Below the pieces are notes generated by a model. That model did not search any database. It worked only from the letters and a program-made list of their open reading frames with translations, and was not told where the DNA came from. A stretch of 64,000 bases of DNA from Octopus vulgaris (lineage: Eukaryota), in the NCBI GenBank assembly GCA_951406725.2, contig OX597827.1:59768001-59832000 (forward strand), read 5' to 3'. The translations under genes were made by a program, and so were the position numbers. This document shows, piece by piece, positions 42,728-56,529 of the stretch; the first letter of the stretch is position 1; the number at the start of each line of letters is the position of its first letter.

Positions 42728-43640
42728 AACTAGCCGGATCCTGCTAAATGCAGCAGCTGAAGTTTCCTAAAATCACAGTCCATTGTCTTTAATAGACTTG
42801 TTTTACTCGGACTAACAAGTGGTCTAACATCTTGTGCAGCTAATTCTTGACAATGAAGTAACTGAGTGGAGTTTGATATTGTGGCAGAGACTAAGTCTAA
42901 AACCATCAGCATTTTTAGACTAAGTCTAAAAACATCAATTATGTTTTGAGCTGGATGTCCAAACGCTCTTCTTTTCGCGAGTATAAAACCGAGGCTATTT
43001 AGATTGTCAAGTGATGCTCTGAGGACATAATCCAAGGTGATCCCGAAGAGAGAATGTCCTAATGTGTCTCTCTGGAGTATTCCGGTTTTGATGTCAAAGA
43101 AACAATGGTTAGGGACCCGTCTTAGAACCTTACCATTGATTTCGTTTTCTTATAGAACATCATAATTACTGTTGCTGTACACCAGTAGTATTTCTGCCAT
43201 TTTATCACAATGGATAAAGCCAAGAGTCCTTAGGAAATCAACAAACAGAAATACTGCTTCAAGATTTTTGACCTTTATTTCCTCCAGCAGACAACGAACA
43301 GCAAGTGTTTGTTTGAGAGTGGATCATCTTTTTTTCTGACGCCCTTTCAAATTTTTTTTCTCACAACTTGCTCAATTCCTGGTTGTTTCCTATTGAATAG
43401 AAGTGAATTATAAATTTTTGCAGTGATGGATGTAAGAGTGAAGCCTCTGTAATTCTTTGTGAGACCCAATTGCCTTTCTTTAGAAATGGGTGAATGCAGC
43501 CTTCTGTCCATTTGTCAATGTTGCCTCCATTATAGACAATAACAGAAGCCAATTAAGAATATCATTGAATTATCCTGTTTTCCAGACTTCCGGTGTAACG
43601 TTATCCAATCCAGCAGGCTTTCGGGGGGGGGGGGGGTTGT
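42728..43640 (-). pseudogene. RTE-clade reverse transcriptase relic (inverted 5' part)
   Basis: KPAGLDNVTPEVWK...WTEGCIHPFLKKG...NYRGFTLTSITAKIYN...TGILQRDTL...LFGITLDYVLR, with many frameshifts. Confidence 0.85.
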
Positions 43641-44230
43641 GTTTTAAGGACTTCCTTTATTTCAGTTCATCGACTGGAAAGGATCTAGAAACTCGAATAT
43701 CTAAAACAAGGCCGGCTCTAAATAAACTGGGTGTTGTCTGTAAATAATCAACCCTGTCAGACAGCCTAAAGAGGAATTTTTTCCACGCAACGGCAGAGTC
43801 AGTCCCTTTATACAGAGCAACAACCTGGACGCTTACCAAAAAAGAAAAAAAAAAAAACTAGAAGCCAGGCTTGATGAAACGTACACCCGAATTTTAAGCA
43901 GTCTTACACATCTCTCGGACAACTCATTCCACTAAGCAATAACTGTTTGGAGAGCTACCTGTTTCCACAATTATAAGGGAAAGGCGCTTGTGCTCTGCAG
44001 GGCATTGCTGGCTATATAGTCAAGAGTTTGCAAGTGATCTGCTGCTATGAATGCCAAAGCAAGGCTGTAGTTGAACAAGTCGTCCAAACACAAACATATT
44101 TAGATCAACTCATCAGAGATACTGGATGCTTCCTTGGAGACCTTCTCAACTAATGCAGGACAGAGAGATGGCCTGTGAAGGTTCAAAATGTCCGAGCAAG
44201 CTCGAATAGATCTTTAGAAAGGTGAAGGAT
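43641..44230 (+). pseudogene. RTE-clade LINE 3' part (sense)
   Basis: FKDFLY...SSTGKDLETRISK...ALNKL...SDSLKRNFFHATAESV.LY.ATTWTLTKK.LEARLD.TYTRIL, then a degenerate AGHCW motif. Confidence 0.8.
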
Positions 44231-44547
44231 GTGTGTACGTGTGTGTGTTGTGGTGTGTGTGTGCGTGTGTGTGTGTGTATGTGTACGTGTGTGTGTACGT
44301 GTGTGTGTGTTGTTGTGTGTGTGTATACATATATATACTCCACTCAGTTTGCTTCGAAACTAGTCAAATGGATAGACTGAGGAAAGTGCACCGAAAATCG
44401 TGCCAGGCTGTATATGAAACAGCCCGTAATACGCTTAGTGGAAACACGTGTATGTCATAAAGATCATACTGACCTGGTGTAAAATAAGAGGAAATAAATT
44501 TTTAAGATGAACAAGTCTCCATATTCTATGTCGTTACAATTATTGCT

Positions 44548-44592
<45 letters not shown>

Positions 44593-44615
44593 TCCGGTCA
44601 GTCAATATGTGACCG

Positions 44616-44738
44616 CGTGTGTATCGTTGGCGATTTTCTTTCTCTGTCTTCCCTTCCTTGGACCTTTACTTTTTCTGTGTTTCTGACGAAGAGCTCCGCT
44701 CGAAACGTTAAATCCTCCTTCTTTCTTTCCTTTCCTGA
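44616..44738 (+). mobile_element. Penelope-like terminal repeat with minimal hammerhead at 44679-44713; second copy at 47461-47610
   Basis: gttt-CTGACGA-a-GAGC(tcc)GCTC-GAAA-CG-TT-aaat. The copy at 47524-47558 has CTGACAA, and a 3' fragment lies at 35005-35075. Confidence 0.75.
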
Positions 44739-44742
44739 GATA

Positions 44743-45007
<265 letters not shown>

Positions 45008-45299
45008 GTATGTATGCATGTATGTATGTGTAATATATATAGTTGAATCTGCTAGATATAGGTGCTAAATTTCAGCATCATACAGTTTTGAGCCTGGTGG
45101 TGGTGCTGGTGATGGAGGTGATAAGGATGATGATGATCGTGGTCGTGGTGGTAGGGGTGATGATTATAAATATGAGGATAAGAATGATAATGATTATGAA
45201 GATATATAATATACCGTGCGTATATATTGCTTAGCCATATTGAGATGGCTAGTATACTTTACGTTGTCGAGCAGTTACTATTTACATCTCGTTCAGAGA

Positions 45300-46550
45300 T
45301 TTATTATTGCTATATATATATTGTTTCAATAAAAATGGACATTTTCTTAATTCTTGTCATTATTTGGAAGATGTGTTTGTCCCCATAGCCATTGCAGACC
45401 CTCCTAGGCCGGCGAAACTAATACCTTTAAATTCTCTATTGCACTTTTTTGAGTTAATACCTGCGGGAAAATACCATACGATCAGGACTGAAACTCCAGG
45501 AGGCCGAAATACTGAGAAGGAAGGGCTGAGCATAGAATTAGTACGGGGTCTTTGGGTGTTTCGACACAACAAAAACGTAAAAAGGAGGAAAAGAGAGTGG
45601 GTCGGGTATTTCTGTGTGGAGCTGGCATTGAACCAAACCATCTCTGAAGAAGAGAAACCGGTGTAGTAGGAATTGAAAATTGAAGAAGACGAGACAGAGG
45701 GTCCGTAATTAGAGGTGGGAACGTGTCACAGGAACAGAGAATATTTTCTTGTGATTTACATTTTAGAAGTAAGAAGTAACTTACAATGACCGAAGAAAAT
45801 TAGAATCAGAAAATTATTGTCCTGTTAATGAAGTTTCCTGCTGCAAGAAATCTGTGATCGTATGCAAAATCTGTACCATGCTGTCTGTACTTTATACACG
45901 GGGAAGGGGCGGCAAGGTTTAGGGTGTTGTTTGTGAATCGGAGAGGAAAGCTCTTGTAGGTGGTCTTTTATCAGGGGTCAGGATACCTTATAGAAGCATC
46001 CGCTGAAAACAACTTTTTTTGTTGGTCAGGGTTTTGGCTATTACCCTTTTACTCTTTTACTTGTTTCAGTCATTTAACTGTGGCCATGCTGGAGCACCGG
46101 CTTTTAGTCGAATAAATCGACCCCGCGACTTATTCTATCAGTCTCTTCCGCCCCCCACCACCGCTGGACACCGAGTGTTAACTTGTTCATACTCCTGTAA
46201 ACTAGCGGTTCGTCAAAAGACACCAATAGAAGCAGTACCAAGCTTTAAAGCAAATAAACGCTGTGCTCGATTCTTTCGACTAAAACCCTTTATGGCGGTA
46301 CCTCAGGATGGCCGCAGCCCAACGACTGAGACGAATAAGAGATAGAAAAAGTCGTGTTGAAGCGAACCTATCAACATGAACTATGGGAGTTTAGTTGATC
46401 GAAGCAGTGGTTAATCGAACCACTCAGTAAACATTGGAATGCGTCAGAGATGTCTGCTGGTTGGGTGTCGGGAATGGTAACTCCGGAAATGAAAGACATC
46501 AAGGTGTGATGTTCTGAGTAAAATTTTAAGCCCTTTATAAATAAGATCTG
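45300..46550 (-). pseudogene. Possible highly decayed Penelope-like RT ORF, interrupted by a SINE at ~46050-46345
   Basis: Weak motifs in the expected order on the - strand: KGLK(F/I) near 46530 and G..AMGT near 45385. Confidence 0.3.
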
Positions 46551-46599
46551 GGGCTCTGTTCAAGCAGCGACTAATAACCAGAAATGAGAGAAGGACCTA

Positions 46600-47243
46600 C
46601 CATTGCAACCTCGAAACGCAAAAAAAAAGTCAAGCTGTGGGTGCACAAGTACACCCTGCCGCTTAAGAAATTTGAAGTTCGACCCAGTGCAGGCAAAATC
46701 ACGCGCACGATCTTCAACGACTCAGCAGGGGGTGGTGTTAATTGAATACATGTCGCCACAGGTGCCTATTAAGCTGATTTGCTTCGGTGGCAGTGAAATT
46801 ATACCAAGACAAAGCGCCGTGGAATGTAGAATACCGGTCTCCTACGTCTTTGCAATGTTGCACCAGCTCACACGTCTCGAGTATCAAAGAATGCCATTCG
46901 TGGATTTGGCTTTGAAGTGCTGCCCACCTCCCTCCCCCAAGCCTGTTCACCAAACCTTGCTTCCTGTGATTTTTCACCTACTTCCAAATTTGAAGCACCA
47001 CTTGAATGGCAGGTAATTTCTCCTGCCAGGAAGAACTTGTTGTCAGCTACAGAACAGTGGTTGGCTAAAAAAGACAAACAGTTATATCTAAATGCCACTG
47101 AGCAGCTGTGTAAGCTATATACGTACACAAACTGTATTGAAGTTAACGACGGAGACTTTGTTGAAAAATAAATATATATTTCTTGAAAAATAGACCAAAA
47201 ATATAACAAAAGCATTCTTATCATACTTTCATGTCATCCAGTA
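46600..47243 (+). pseudogene. Mariner transposase C-terminal relic plus right TIR
   Basis: ..CSPNLASCDF.L.PNLKHHLNG..F...QWLAKKDKQLY....L...Y.NCIEVNDGDFVEK* matches the mariner YSPDLAPxD / GxYxE C-terminus. Ends ...catccag|TA. Confidence 0.8.
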
Positions 47244-47352
47244 TGTTATGCCCGTGTGTGTGCATGTATGTGTGTGTGCGCGCGCGCGTGTGTATATATC
47301 CATACATATTTGTATACATCGGTATGTACGCATGTATGAATGTGTGTGTGTG

Positions 47353-47390
<38 letters not shown>

Positions 47391-48304
47391 CATAGATAAA
47401 TACACACACGTACACACACACACACACACAGACATAAACCCACATATATATTTGTGACAGCGTGTGTATCGTTGGTGATTTTTTTCCTCCGTCTTCCCTT
47501 CCTTGGATCTTTCCTTTTCCTATGTTTCTGACAAAGAGCTCCGCTCGAAACGTTAAATCTTCCTTCTTTCTTTCCTTTCCTGAGCGTCCAATAACACTAT
47601 ACTTGTTCCATATACGTAGAAAAAACCACAAGATCTGAAAATGCTCTGATTCCCAATACTTGCACATATACACACATAAATGCACAGCTGCCCTTGTTCA
47701 TGTTGTTGAAATAATAATGAAGCTTTGGTTTTTGGTTAGGAGCTGTCTCTTTTTCCATCGGTATGAAATCTAGAAATGAAGCAAAATAATTACGTAAATA
47801 CATACATGCATATACACATACAGATATGCACATACACACACATACCTACCTACCTACATACATACATACATACATACATACATACATACATACATACATA
47901 CATACATACATACATACGTAGAGGAAGCAAAAAACGCTACGATTTATGGGAGCTGAAGAAAACAAAATGGACGTCTTGAAATTTAGAAGCTGGATGGGTG
48001 GGTCTAATGTTGGGATGGGGGTGGAGGGCGATGAAAAGTTGAATGATGCGAGCAAAGGAGTAGAGTACAAGTGCGTGTTAGACAGTGGGGCAGGACCACT
48101 TAAAATATCAATGCCACGAAAAATAGGGCACCAGTGTCAAAAGAGGTTATCTACGTCTGCTGTGGAATTTTATATATTAGCAAAAACACTGTATTCCGAG
48201 CGGTGGTGGTGACAGCGGCGCTGTCAATGGCGGCGGCAGCGGCGGTTTTCTGCTAGTTATTATGGTGGATTGGCAGGATTTGTTAGAATATCGGATAAAA
48301 TGAT

Positions 48305-48977
48305 TTGTGTAAGTATATATATATGTATATATGAATGTATAGATGTATGTGGGTATACATAAATATATATACAGTGTTACTAGGAACAATGACACACACA
48401 CATGTACACATGCACACATACACACCTACACGCACATACGCAGAAGAACTGAGTAGAACAGGCAGAACAAGAGCACACGTGAAGACGGAATGTGTCGCTG
48501 AGGAGGTCACAGATGCGTGGCGAATGATTTCTGGACAATGGACATATTTTAATATACAGTGTTTTTGTATCGTCTATCTGGATGTTTTGCGTTCTTGTCC
48601 CATTTTGTATTTTCATATATATGTACTTACAAACATGCATATATATATACATACGTACATATAGATTCATATATATATATATATATATATATTGAGAGAG
48701 AGAGAGGTCTATATGTACGTATGTATATACATGCAAATGTGTAAGTATATATATATGTATATATGAATGTATAGATGTATGTGGGTATACATAAATATAT
48801 ATACAGTGCTACTAGGAACAATGACACACACACACATACACATGCACACATACACACCTACACGCACATACGCAGAAGAACTGAGTAGAACAGGCAGAAC
48901 AAGAGCACACGTGAAGACGGAATGTGTCGCTGAGGAGGTCACAGATGTGTGGCGAATGATTTCTGGACAATGGACAT
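48305..48977 (+). repeat. ~240-bp direct repeat pair (432-bp offset), each with a degenerate hammerhead-like motif
   Basis: 48305-48546 and 48737-48978 are near-identical. Each has CTGAGGA-g-gtcac(agatgy)gtggc-GAAT, at 48498 and 48930. Confidence 0.85.
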
Positions 48978-49066
48978 AAGTTAGAAGAACACTAATAAAC
49001 GACTGAAGAACGAATATATTACTGCGTGTGTGTATTTGGCAAAAAAAAAAGTTACCATCATGAAAT

Positions 49067-49124
<58 letters not shown>

Positions 49125-49194
49125 ACATATATATATATAAACACATATATATATATAATCACACACACACGCACACACATACACATACACACGT

Positions 49195-49677
49195 TTGTTT
49201 TTGAAAATAGTGATTTTCCTGTTGCAGCCCTCCCGTGAAATCTGGCATATGCAGCTCCCGGTGGACAGTTTTTGTGGAAACTGGGTTCTCTGCAGTAATT
49301 TTGAGAGCTGTACTTTTGTGTTCCTTTCTAACAATTCGCGTAAGAGTCCGATGGTTTTTCTCTCTCTCTCAAAGGCTGTCATTACGTTTGAAACAGTACT
49401 TCTTGATACACCAAACATTTCGGCTGTTTTCCTTACGCTAGTGTCTGCCATACGAGCATCAACAATTTGACCTCTTTGAAGTCCCATAGATCTGTCATTT
49501 TAATGAATTTTATTTACCTTTTTCTGAAAAGAAAATACTAATTTTAGCAAAACATATTAAGCAACACTAATGATAAATCAAAATACATAAAAATATACAA
49601 GATTTTTTTGACAGTTTTATAGATATTTCAAAATTATGAAGTTATGATGCTAGATGTTTCCATTATTATGTACAACC

Positions 49678-49680
<3 letters not shown>
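49195..49680 (-). mobile_element. Tc1-like transposon 5' end with transposase HTH relic
   Basis: TA|CAGGGTTGTACATAATAATGGAAACA terminus. RGQIVDARMADTSVRKTAEMFGVSRSTVSNVM is a Tc1 paired-like HTH. Confidence 0.85.
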
Positions 49681-49758
<78 letters not shown>

Positions 49759-49773
49759 CATACATATATATAT

Positions 49774-49899
<126 letters not shown>

Positions 49900-50074
49900 C
49901 ATATACGATACGTTTCTTTCAGTTTCCGTCTACCAAACCCATAAATCCACTCACAAAGCTTTGGTCGGCCCAAGGCTAAAGCAGAAGACACTTGCCCAAG
50001 GTGCCACACAGTGAGACTGAACCCGGAACCTTGTGGTTGGGAGGCAAGATTCTTAACGCACAGCCACGCCTTCG

Positions 50075-50573
<499 letters not shown>

Positions 50574-50681
50574 TATAAGCCACGTAGTTATATACACATA
50601 CTTTGTTATATACGCATTCTTAAAAGAAAATGTTATTTTGAATACAACATTTATAAAGAATAAAATATTTTTTGGTTTTTC

Positions 50682-51830
50682 TTAATCCTTTCGTTACTAT
50701 ATTTCTGACCAAAATACACCCCTTATGTGTTTCAATTAATTTCTAACGTAATCATAAATTTAGTCTGGTTTCATTAAACAACTATAACTTTTTTATTTAT
50801 CAATATATTAATGTGATTTTTGGAAGATAATTTAATGAAATGTCCTCAACCAATTCTATACTATAATTTTTGTCACAAAGTGACTCTAATTGCAGGTAGA
50901 TACAGGTAAATTCAACAATATATAAAATTATTAAAATTTTGTTCAAACATCGCTATAGAAAATGGGTTATTAGCTAATATTCAATTGGGTATACCACAAA
51001 ATTTTACGATAGAATTTGTTATTCTGGGTAACTTTCTGTAAAATTATTAAAATTTTGTTCAAACATCGCTATAGAAAATGGGTTATTAGCTAATATTCAA
51101 TTGGGTATACCACAAAATTTTACGATAGAATTTGTTATTCTGGGTAACTTTCTGTAAAATTATTAAAATTTTGTTCAAACATCGCTATAGAAAATGGGTT
51201 ATTAGCTAATATTCAATTGGGTATACCACAAAATTTTACGATAGAATTTGTTTTTCTGGGTAACTTTCTGTAAAATTATTAAAATTTTGTTCAAACATCG
51301 CTATAGAAAATGGGTTATTAGCTAATATTCAATTGGGTATACAACAAAATTTTACAATAGAATTTGTTATTCTGGGTAACTTTCTGTAAAATTATTAAAA
51401 TTTTGTTCAAACATCGCTATAGAAAATGGGTTATTAGCTAATATTCAATTGGGTATACCACAAAATTTTACGATAGAATTTGTTATTCTGGGTAACTTTC
51501 TGTAAAATTATTAAAATTTTGTTCAAACATCGCTATAGAAAATGGGTTATTAGCTAATATTCAATTGGGTATACAACGAAATTTTACGATAGAATTTGTT
51601 ATTCTGGGTAACTTTCTGATACCCATAATATTATTTATGGCAAAATAGGCCTTAATTTCATTTAAGGTTGTGGGAAATAACAAACTATCGTTTCTTTCGT
51701 TTTGTTTACGTTTAGCGTAACGTTTCGTTTCTGCCGTAATGATTTTAAATGGGCTCATTCTAAAAAGTAAATAGAAATAGTCTAAGGCTTTACTCTTCTG
51801 GGAAAGTCTGTGGCTTGGTGCAGTTTCTTC
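50682..51830 (-). mobile_element. piggyBac relic with PGBD4-like transposase fragment
   Basis: TTAA|TCCTTTCGTTAC terminus at 50682. IITAETKRYA...PTTLNEIKAYFAINNIMGIRKLPRI (51600-51750) matches the piggyBac ETNxYA / EIKAxxG...MGxxKLP motif. Confidence 0.75.
50923..51618. repeat. 116-bp x 6 near-identical tandem array
   Basis: Unit starts at 50923, 51039, 51155, 51271, 51387 and 51503, with only a few substitutions. Confidence 0.97.
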
Positions 51831-52039
51831 AGAAAAATCACCGAAAGAAACAGTTTTTAAATTTTCACTCCATTCAGGTGCTAATTCGTGTTCTTAATCG
51901 CTGTCGGATTCACTGTTTTCACTTTAATAGCTGCCAACTTGCAAAGACAAAGGAGGAGAAGGGTGATAGCGTCAGTGAAACAATTCGCTCCCTTTGTGTG
52001 TGTGTGCGTTTGCGTGTGGTGTAAACCACATTAAGAAAA

Positions 52040-52241
52040 ACATTTGACACACACACCAGAATGTGAGTTTTCTGTAAATTTTGCTTAATTGGAGTTTAAA
52101 TTTAAAAACTGGACCTGGCATGACGCGATGCATTGTACTCTTAGAAATGCCAGGTAAATTGTAATTGAAGAAATCCTATATTGTAGATTTGTATAACTCC
52201 CAAAGGGAGGCAGATAAAATCTGCCTTTTATAATAAGAGAT
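52040..52241 (-). mobile_element. Possible Helitron 5' fragment
   Basis: The - strand begins A|TCTCTTATTATAAAAGGCAGATTTTATCTGCC beside (TA)n, similar in style to the 5' end at 50573. No 3' CTAG found. Confidence 0.35.
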
Positions 52242-52604
52242 ATATATATATATATATATCTCGAGATGCAGCACGGACTTTGTCAGTGAACAGGTCGCGG
52301 ATTTTAGCGACGAAAATATTTTGACAAATTAAACTTAAATGTTGAAGTGAATCGAACGGCTTTTGTGTGTTTCTTAAATGGCTTATAAACACCTTCCACG
52401 CTGCAATTGTTTTCGTTTCAGCACACGATCTCAGATCAAATTACTTGCTATGCGAGTACATCTCCGTAATATATATATATATATATATATATGTATATCT
52501 ATTTATATACATACATATATATATATATATATGCATACATACATACATACATACATACATACATACATACATACATACATACATACATACATACATACAT
52601 ACGT

Positions 52605-52663
<59 letters not shown>

Positions 52664-52888
52664 GAGGGAATATTATTCCAAACTTACAAGGAAAAATTAA
52701 ATTTAGAAAAACTAAATCAAATTTTACAAAGTATAATACATATATAAATTTTAAAAAAAACACCTTTTATCAATTCAATTATGAAAATTAAGTTATGCCT
52801 TTTAGAAAAATTACATATTATAGAAAGATTAAATATACGATAAAATATATAACAATGATTAAGTAATATGCAAAATAATAAATAAAAC

Positions 52889-52936
<48 letters not shown>

Positions 52937-53643
52937 TTGGAACAAAGACAGCTGTGTAAACAACAAAGAAGTGTATTAGTTCAACGCTCGAGAAAGTGAG
53001 AAATTCTTTTACGTTTCGAGCCTACGCTCTTCAACAGAAAGAAATAAGAGAAAATAAACAGAAAGACAATAAAAAAAGCTTTAGCGGCTAGCGGTCAATA
53101 ATGGTTTTACTATTTTACCCTCTTACTCTTGTCAGTCATTAAGCTGTGCCCATGATGTGACAGAGGTTTTGAACGGTTGTTTACCTTTAATTCTTTTTTC
53201 TTTTACTTGCTTCAGTGATTAGATTGCGGTCATTCTGGAGCACCGTCTTGAAGGGTTTTTGCCGAACGAATCGATACCAGTATTAAAATTTTTTTTTTAC
53301 TTTCTTTGAAATCTATTCTGTTGGTCACTTTTACAGAAGTAGTACAACCAACACTAGTTGTCAATCGCTGGTGGGAGGCAAAAAAAATACAAGGGCCGTC
53401 ACCCCCCTCTCTCTCTCTCTCACTTCTATGTACATAGACATATATAATACATACAATTCATGGACATGAATCCAGAACACTCTTTTCTCGATAAAGTCAG
53501 ACGTCGTTACAGACACGAAAGTTACGCTTGCTGGTAGAATTTTTGCCTGTTTCCATGTTTATAGATTCTTGGGATTCAGTGTGACAGTGAGACAGTTTAT
53601 CTTCCGATATCCTCAATGCGAGTGTGTATAGGCGTGTGTGTGA

Positions 53644-53686
<43 letters not shown>

Positions 53687-54187
53687 CGCATGTATGTGCA
53701 TGTATGTGGGCGCGTATGTCTGTGCATGTGTGTGTTCAAGTGATTGCGTGAACATATATATGCACGCTGCCTGTGTGTATCTATCTATCTATATGTATAT
53801 ATGTGTGTGTGTGTGTGTGTATGTGTGTATGTGTATACACCTATGTATGTACATGTGTATATATACACATGTATAACCATATATATATATAAATATAGAT
53901 GCATACATATATATGTATATACGTGTGTGTATGCGTACAGATACCCCTATGTGTGTGTCGGCGTGTGTGTGCGTGTGTTTTCACAGTAGCCAAGAGTGAA
54001 AATTATATCAATCTATCTCTCCCATCATTCTCTCTTCACGGTAGCGCTGACAGGAGAAAAAATAAATAAACACCTAAATTAAACAACACGAAAACAAAAC
54101 ATGAGACCAACGGCATTATCAAAAATCTTCCAATCTTCCGTCTATCGTAGAACCTGACACAGTTGAAGAAGAAGCAGAAAAGAAAGT

Positions 54188-54244
<57 letters not shown>

Positions 54245-54912
54245 CATGGATATATATGTGTGTGTGCATATATATCATAGTAGTACGAAAGGAAGAAAAT
54301 ATGAAAGCTTGGACGATGACGAGTAAGAAGACATAAATATGGTAACATCCACACAAATCATCATTGTGTTCGTCCGTTGTACGCCATCTTAAAACCTGAT
54401 ATCTCTTCCTCGTTCCACTGGAAATGTGGTGGTAAAAACGTATAGTGGTGATGAGGTGGTATTGTTGCAAAGAAGTGTAAGGAACGGAAGCAAATAATTC
54501 AACTAATTCCTTGTATTTCAGTATAACTATTATGATTAAGGCGACGAGCTGGCAGAATCGTTACCTCACCGGGCAAATGCTTAGCAACATTTCGTCAGCT
54601 TTTACGCTCTGAGTTCAAATTCCGCCAAAGTCGACTTTGCCTTTTATCCATTCAGGGTCGATAACTTAAGTACCAGTGAAACACAGGAGTCGACATAATC
54701 GACTAGTCACATCTACCAGTAGAAAGGATTATTATCATCATTACTATTTCAAATTTATAATAATATTTATCGCTGTTAATTATACCAACTTAAATAGTGA
54801 AACTTCATCAGAGCGGAAAATAAAGAAAAAGGAGAAAAAGAGAAATAAGGATATACCAGTTGATGTTACCTGCTATCCCTATGCAATATGTAAAAGATAA
54901 AATTAATATATA

Positions 54913-54980
<68 letters not shown>

Positions 54981-55001
54981 GTCTATCTGTCTATCTATCT
55001 T

Positions 55002-55071
<70 letters not shown>

Positions 55072-55391
55072 TACAATCCCATGGTCATGACTGATCATGG
55101 GATTGCACCTAGAAAGTTCCCCTCCAAAACACAAATCCGAGCAAGGTTGTTTATGGATCCCATGCATACTAGCCCCGCCTCTCCACATCACTGATGTTAT
55201 CCAAGGGAAAGCCAAAGGCCAATACAGCTTGGCACCTGTGACGTTGCAACTCATTTCTACAGCTGAGTGAACGAGAGCGACATAGAATAAGGTGTCTTGC
55301 TCAAGACCACAACAGACAGTCCGGTCTGGGAATCAAATTCACTACCTCATGATGGTGAGTGAGCCCAACGCTTTAACCACTGAGCCATATA

Positions 55392-55518
55392 CTTTTATTA
55401 AAGCTGTCAAGATCTTTCATAAACTGTGACTCAGTCTTTCATGTTCCCGTTCGTCACAACTGTCCGACGAACGATAACATGAAACTCTGAGTGAAGATTT
55501 TTCGAGCTTTAATAAAAG
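55392..55518. repeat. Imperfect ~127-nt hairpin (probable Penelope-like inverted end)
   Basis: cttttattaaagct/agctttaataaaag, actcag/ctgagt, tttcatgtt/aacatgaaa and cgttcgtc/gacgaacg are nested pairings. Confidence 0.75.
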
Positions 55519-55763
55519 CATTTTACTCTACCTTCAGTATTCGAGTACTATTCGTTTCCACCTTGTTTTACATTTATGTGCTTTCCTCTGTGTGTGTGTC
55601 TGTGTATGTGTATGTGCGTGTGTGTGTATAACATAATATAATACAATAAAATATAACATAACATTTATAATATATATTATATATATATATGTATATATAT
55701 GTAATATAATATAATATATCACATTATATTATACTATATTTCATATATATATATATATATATA

Positions 55764-55814
55764 AGCTTCCTGATGATTTCTTTTGAATGAAACAGTTCTA
55801 GTCCTGTAGAAGCT
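55764..55814 (+). ncRNA. Canonical type I hammerhead ribozyme
   Basis: AGCTTC-CTGATGA-tTTC(tttt)GAAt-GAAA-CAG(ttctagtc)CTG-TA-GAAGCT: 6-bp stem I, perfect core, paired stem III. Predicted GUA cleavage after 55808. Confidence 0.9.
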
Positions 55815-55896
55815 CCTTCTATAAAATAAATTAATTTACTCTGCTATGTATTGAGTACCTTATTTACTGTGGTTAACCCCGACTCAACCCGGGACC

Positions 55897-55931
<35 letters not shown>

Positions 55932-55995
55932 AATTTTCCCACTTGTTACATTTGAAAGCGTAACACTAGAACACAAGTATAAAAGAAGGAAAGTT

Positions 55996-56089
<94 letters not shown>

Positions 56090-56094
<5 letters not shown>

Positions 56095-56395
56095 GACCTG
56101 GAAATAGAGGTAACCAGAATGTGGAATCTAAAAACAGAAACAATTCCTATCATAGTAGGTGCATTAGACAAATACATAACAAATACATATTCAGACAAAT
56201 ACATAACAAAAACACCAGGACTTACAAACACATATAACATACAGAAAATTGCACTACTAGGTACTGCACACATCCTAAGCAGAACACTTTCCATACAATA
56301 ACCATCAGAGCATCACAACAAATCACAGCACATACCCAAGGCACACAGAGCTGCGCTCGGTAGTGAAGTGAAAGCACGCTATAAAAATAAAGCTA

Positions 56396-56400
<5 letters not shown>
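56090..56400 (+). mobile_element. R4/Dong-like (RLE) non-LTR retrotransposon 3' end inserted in (TAA)n
   Basis: KDLEIEVTRMWNLKTETIPIIVGAL...IQKIALLGTAHIL is the RLE C-terminus. A 3' UTR follows, with (TAA)n on both sides. Confidence 0.85.
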
Positions 56401-56479
<79 letters not shown>

Positions 56480-56529
56480 TAGAATAATAATTAGAATAAT
56501 AATAATTAGAATAATAATAAAAATAAGTA

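Noticed and set aside
50923-51618. Regular arrays (116-bp, 185-bp at 33410, 80-bp at 28115) as CRISPR-like
   Set aside because: No unique spacers between repeats, no cas genes, and a eukaryotic context.
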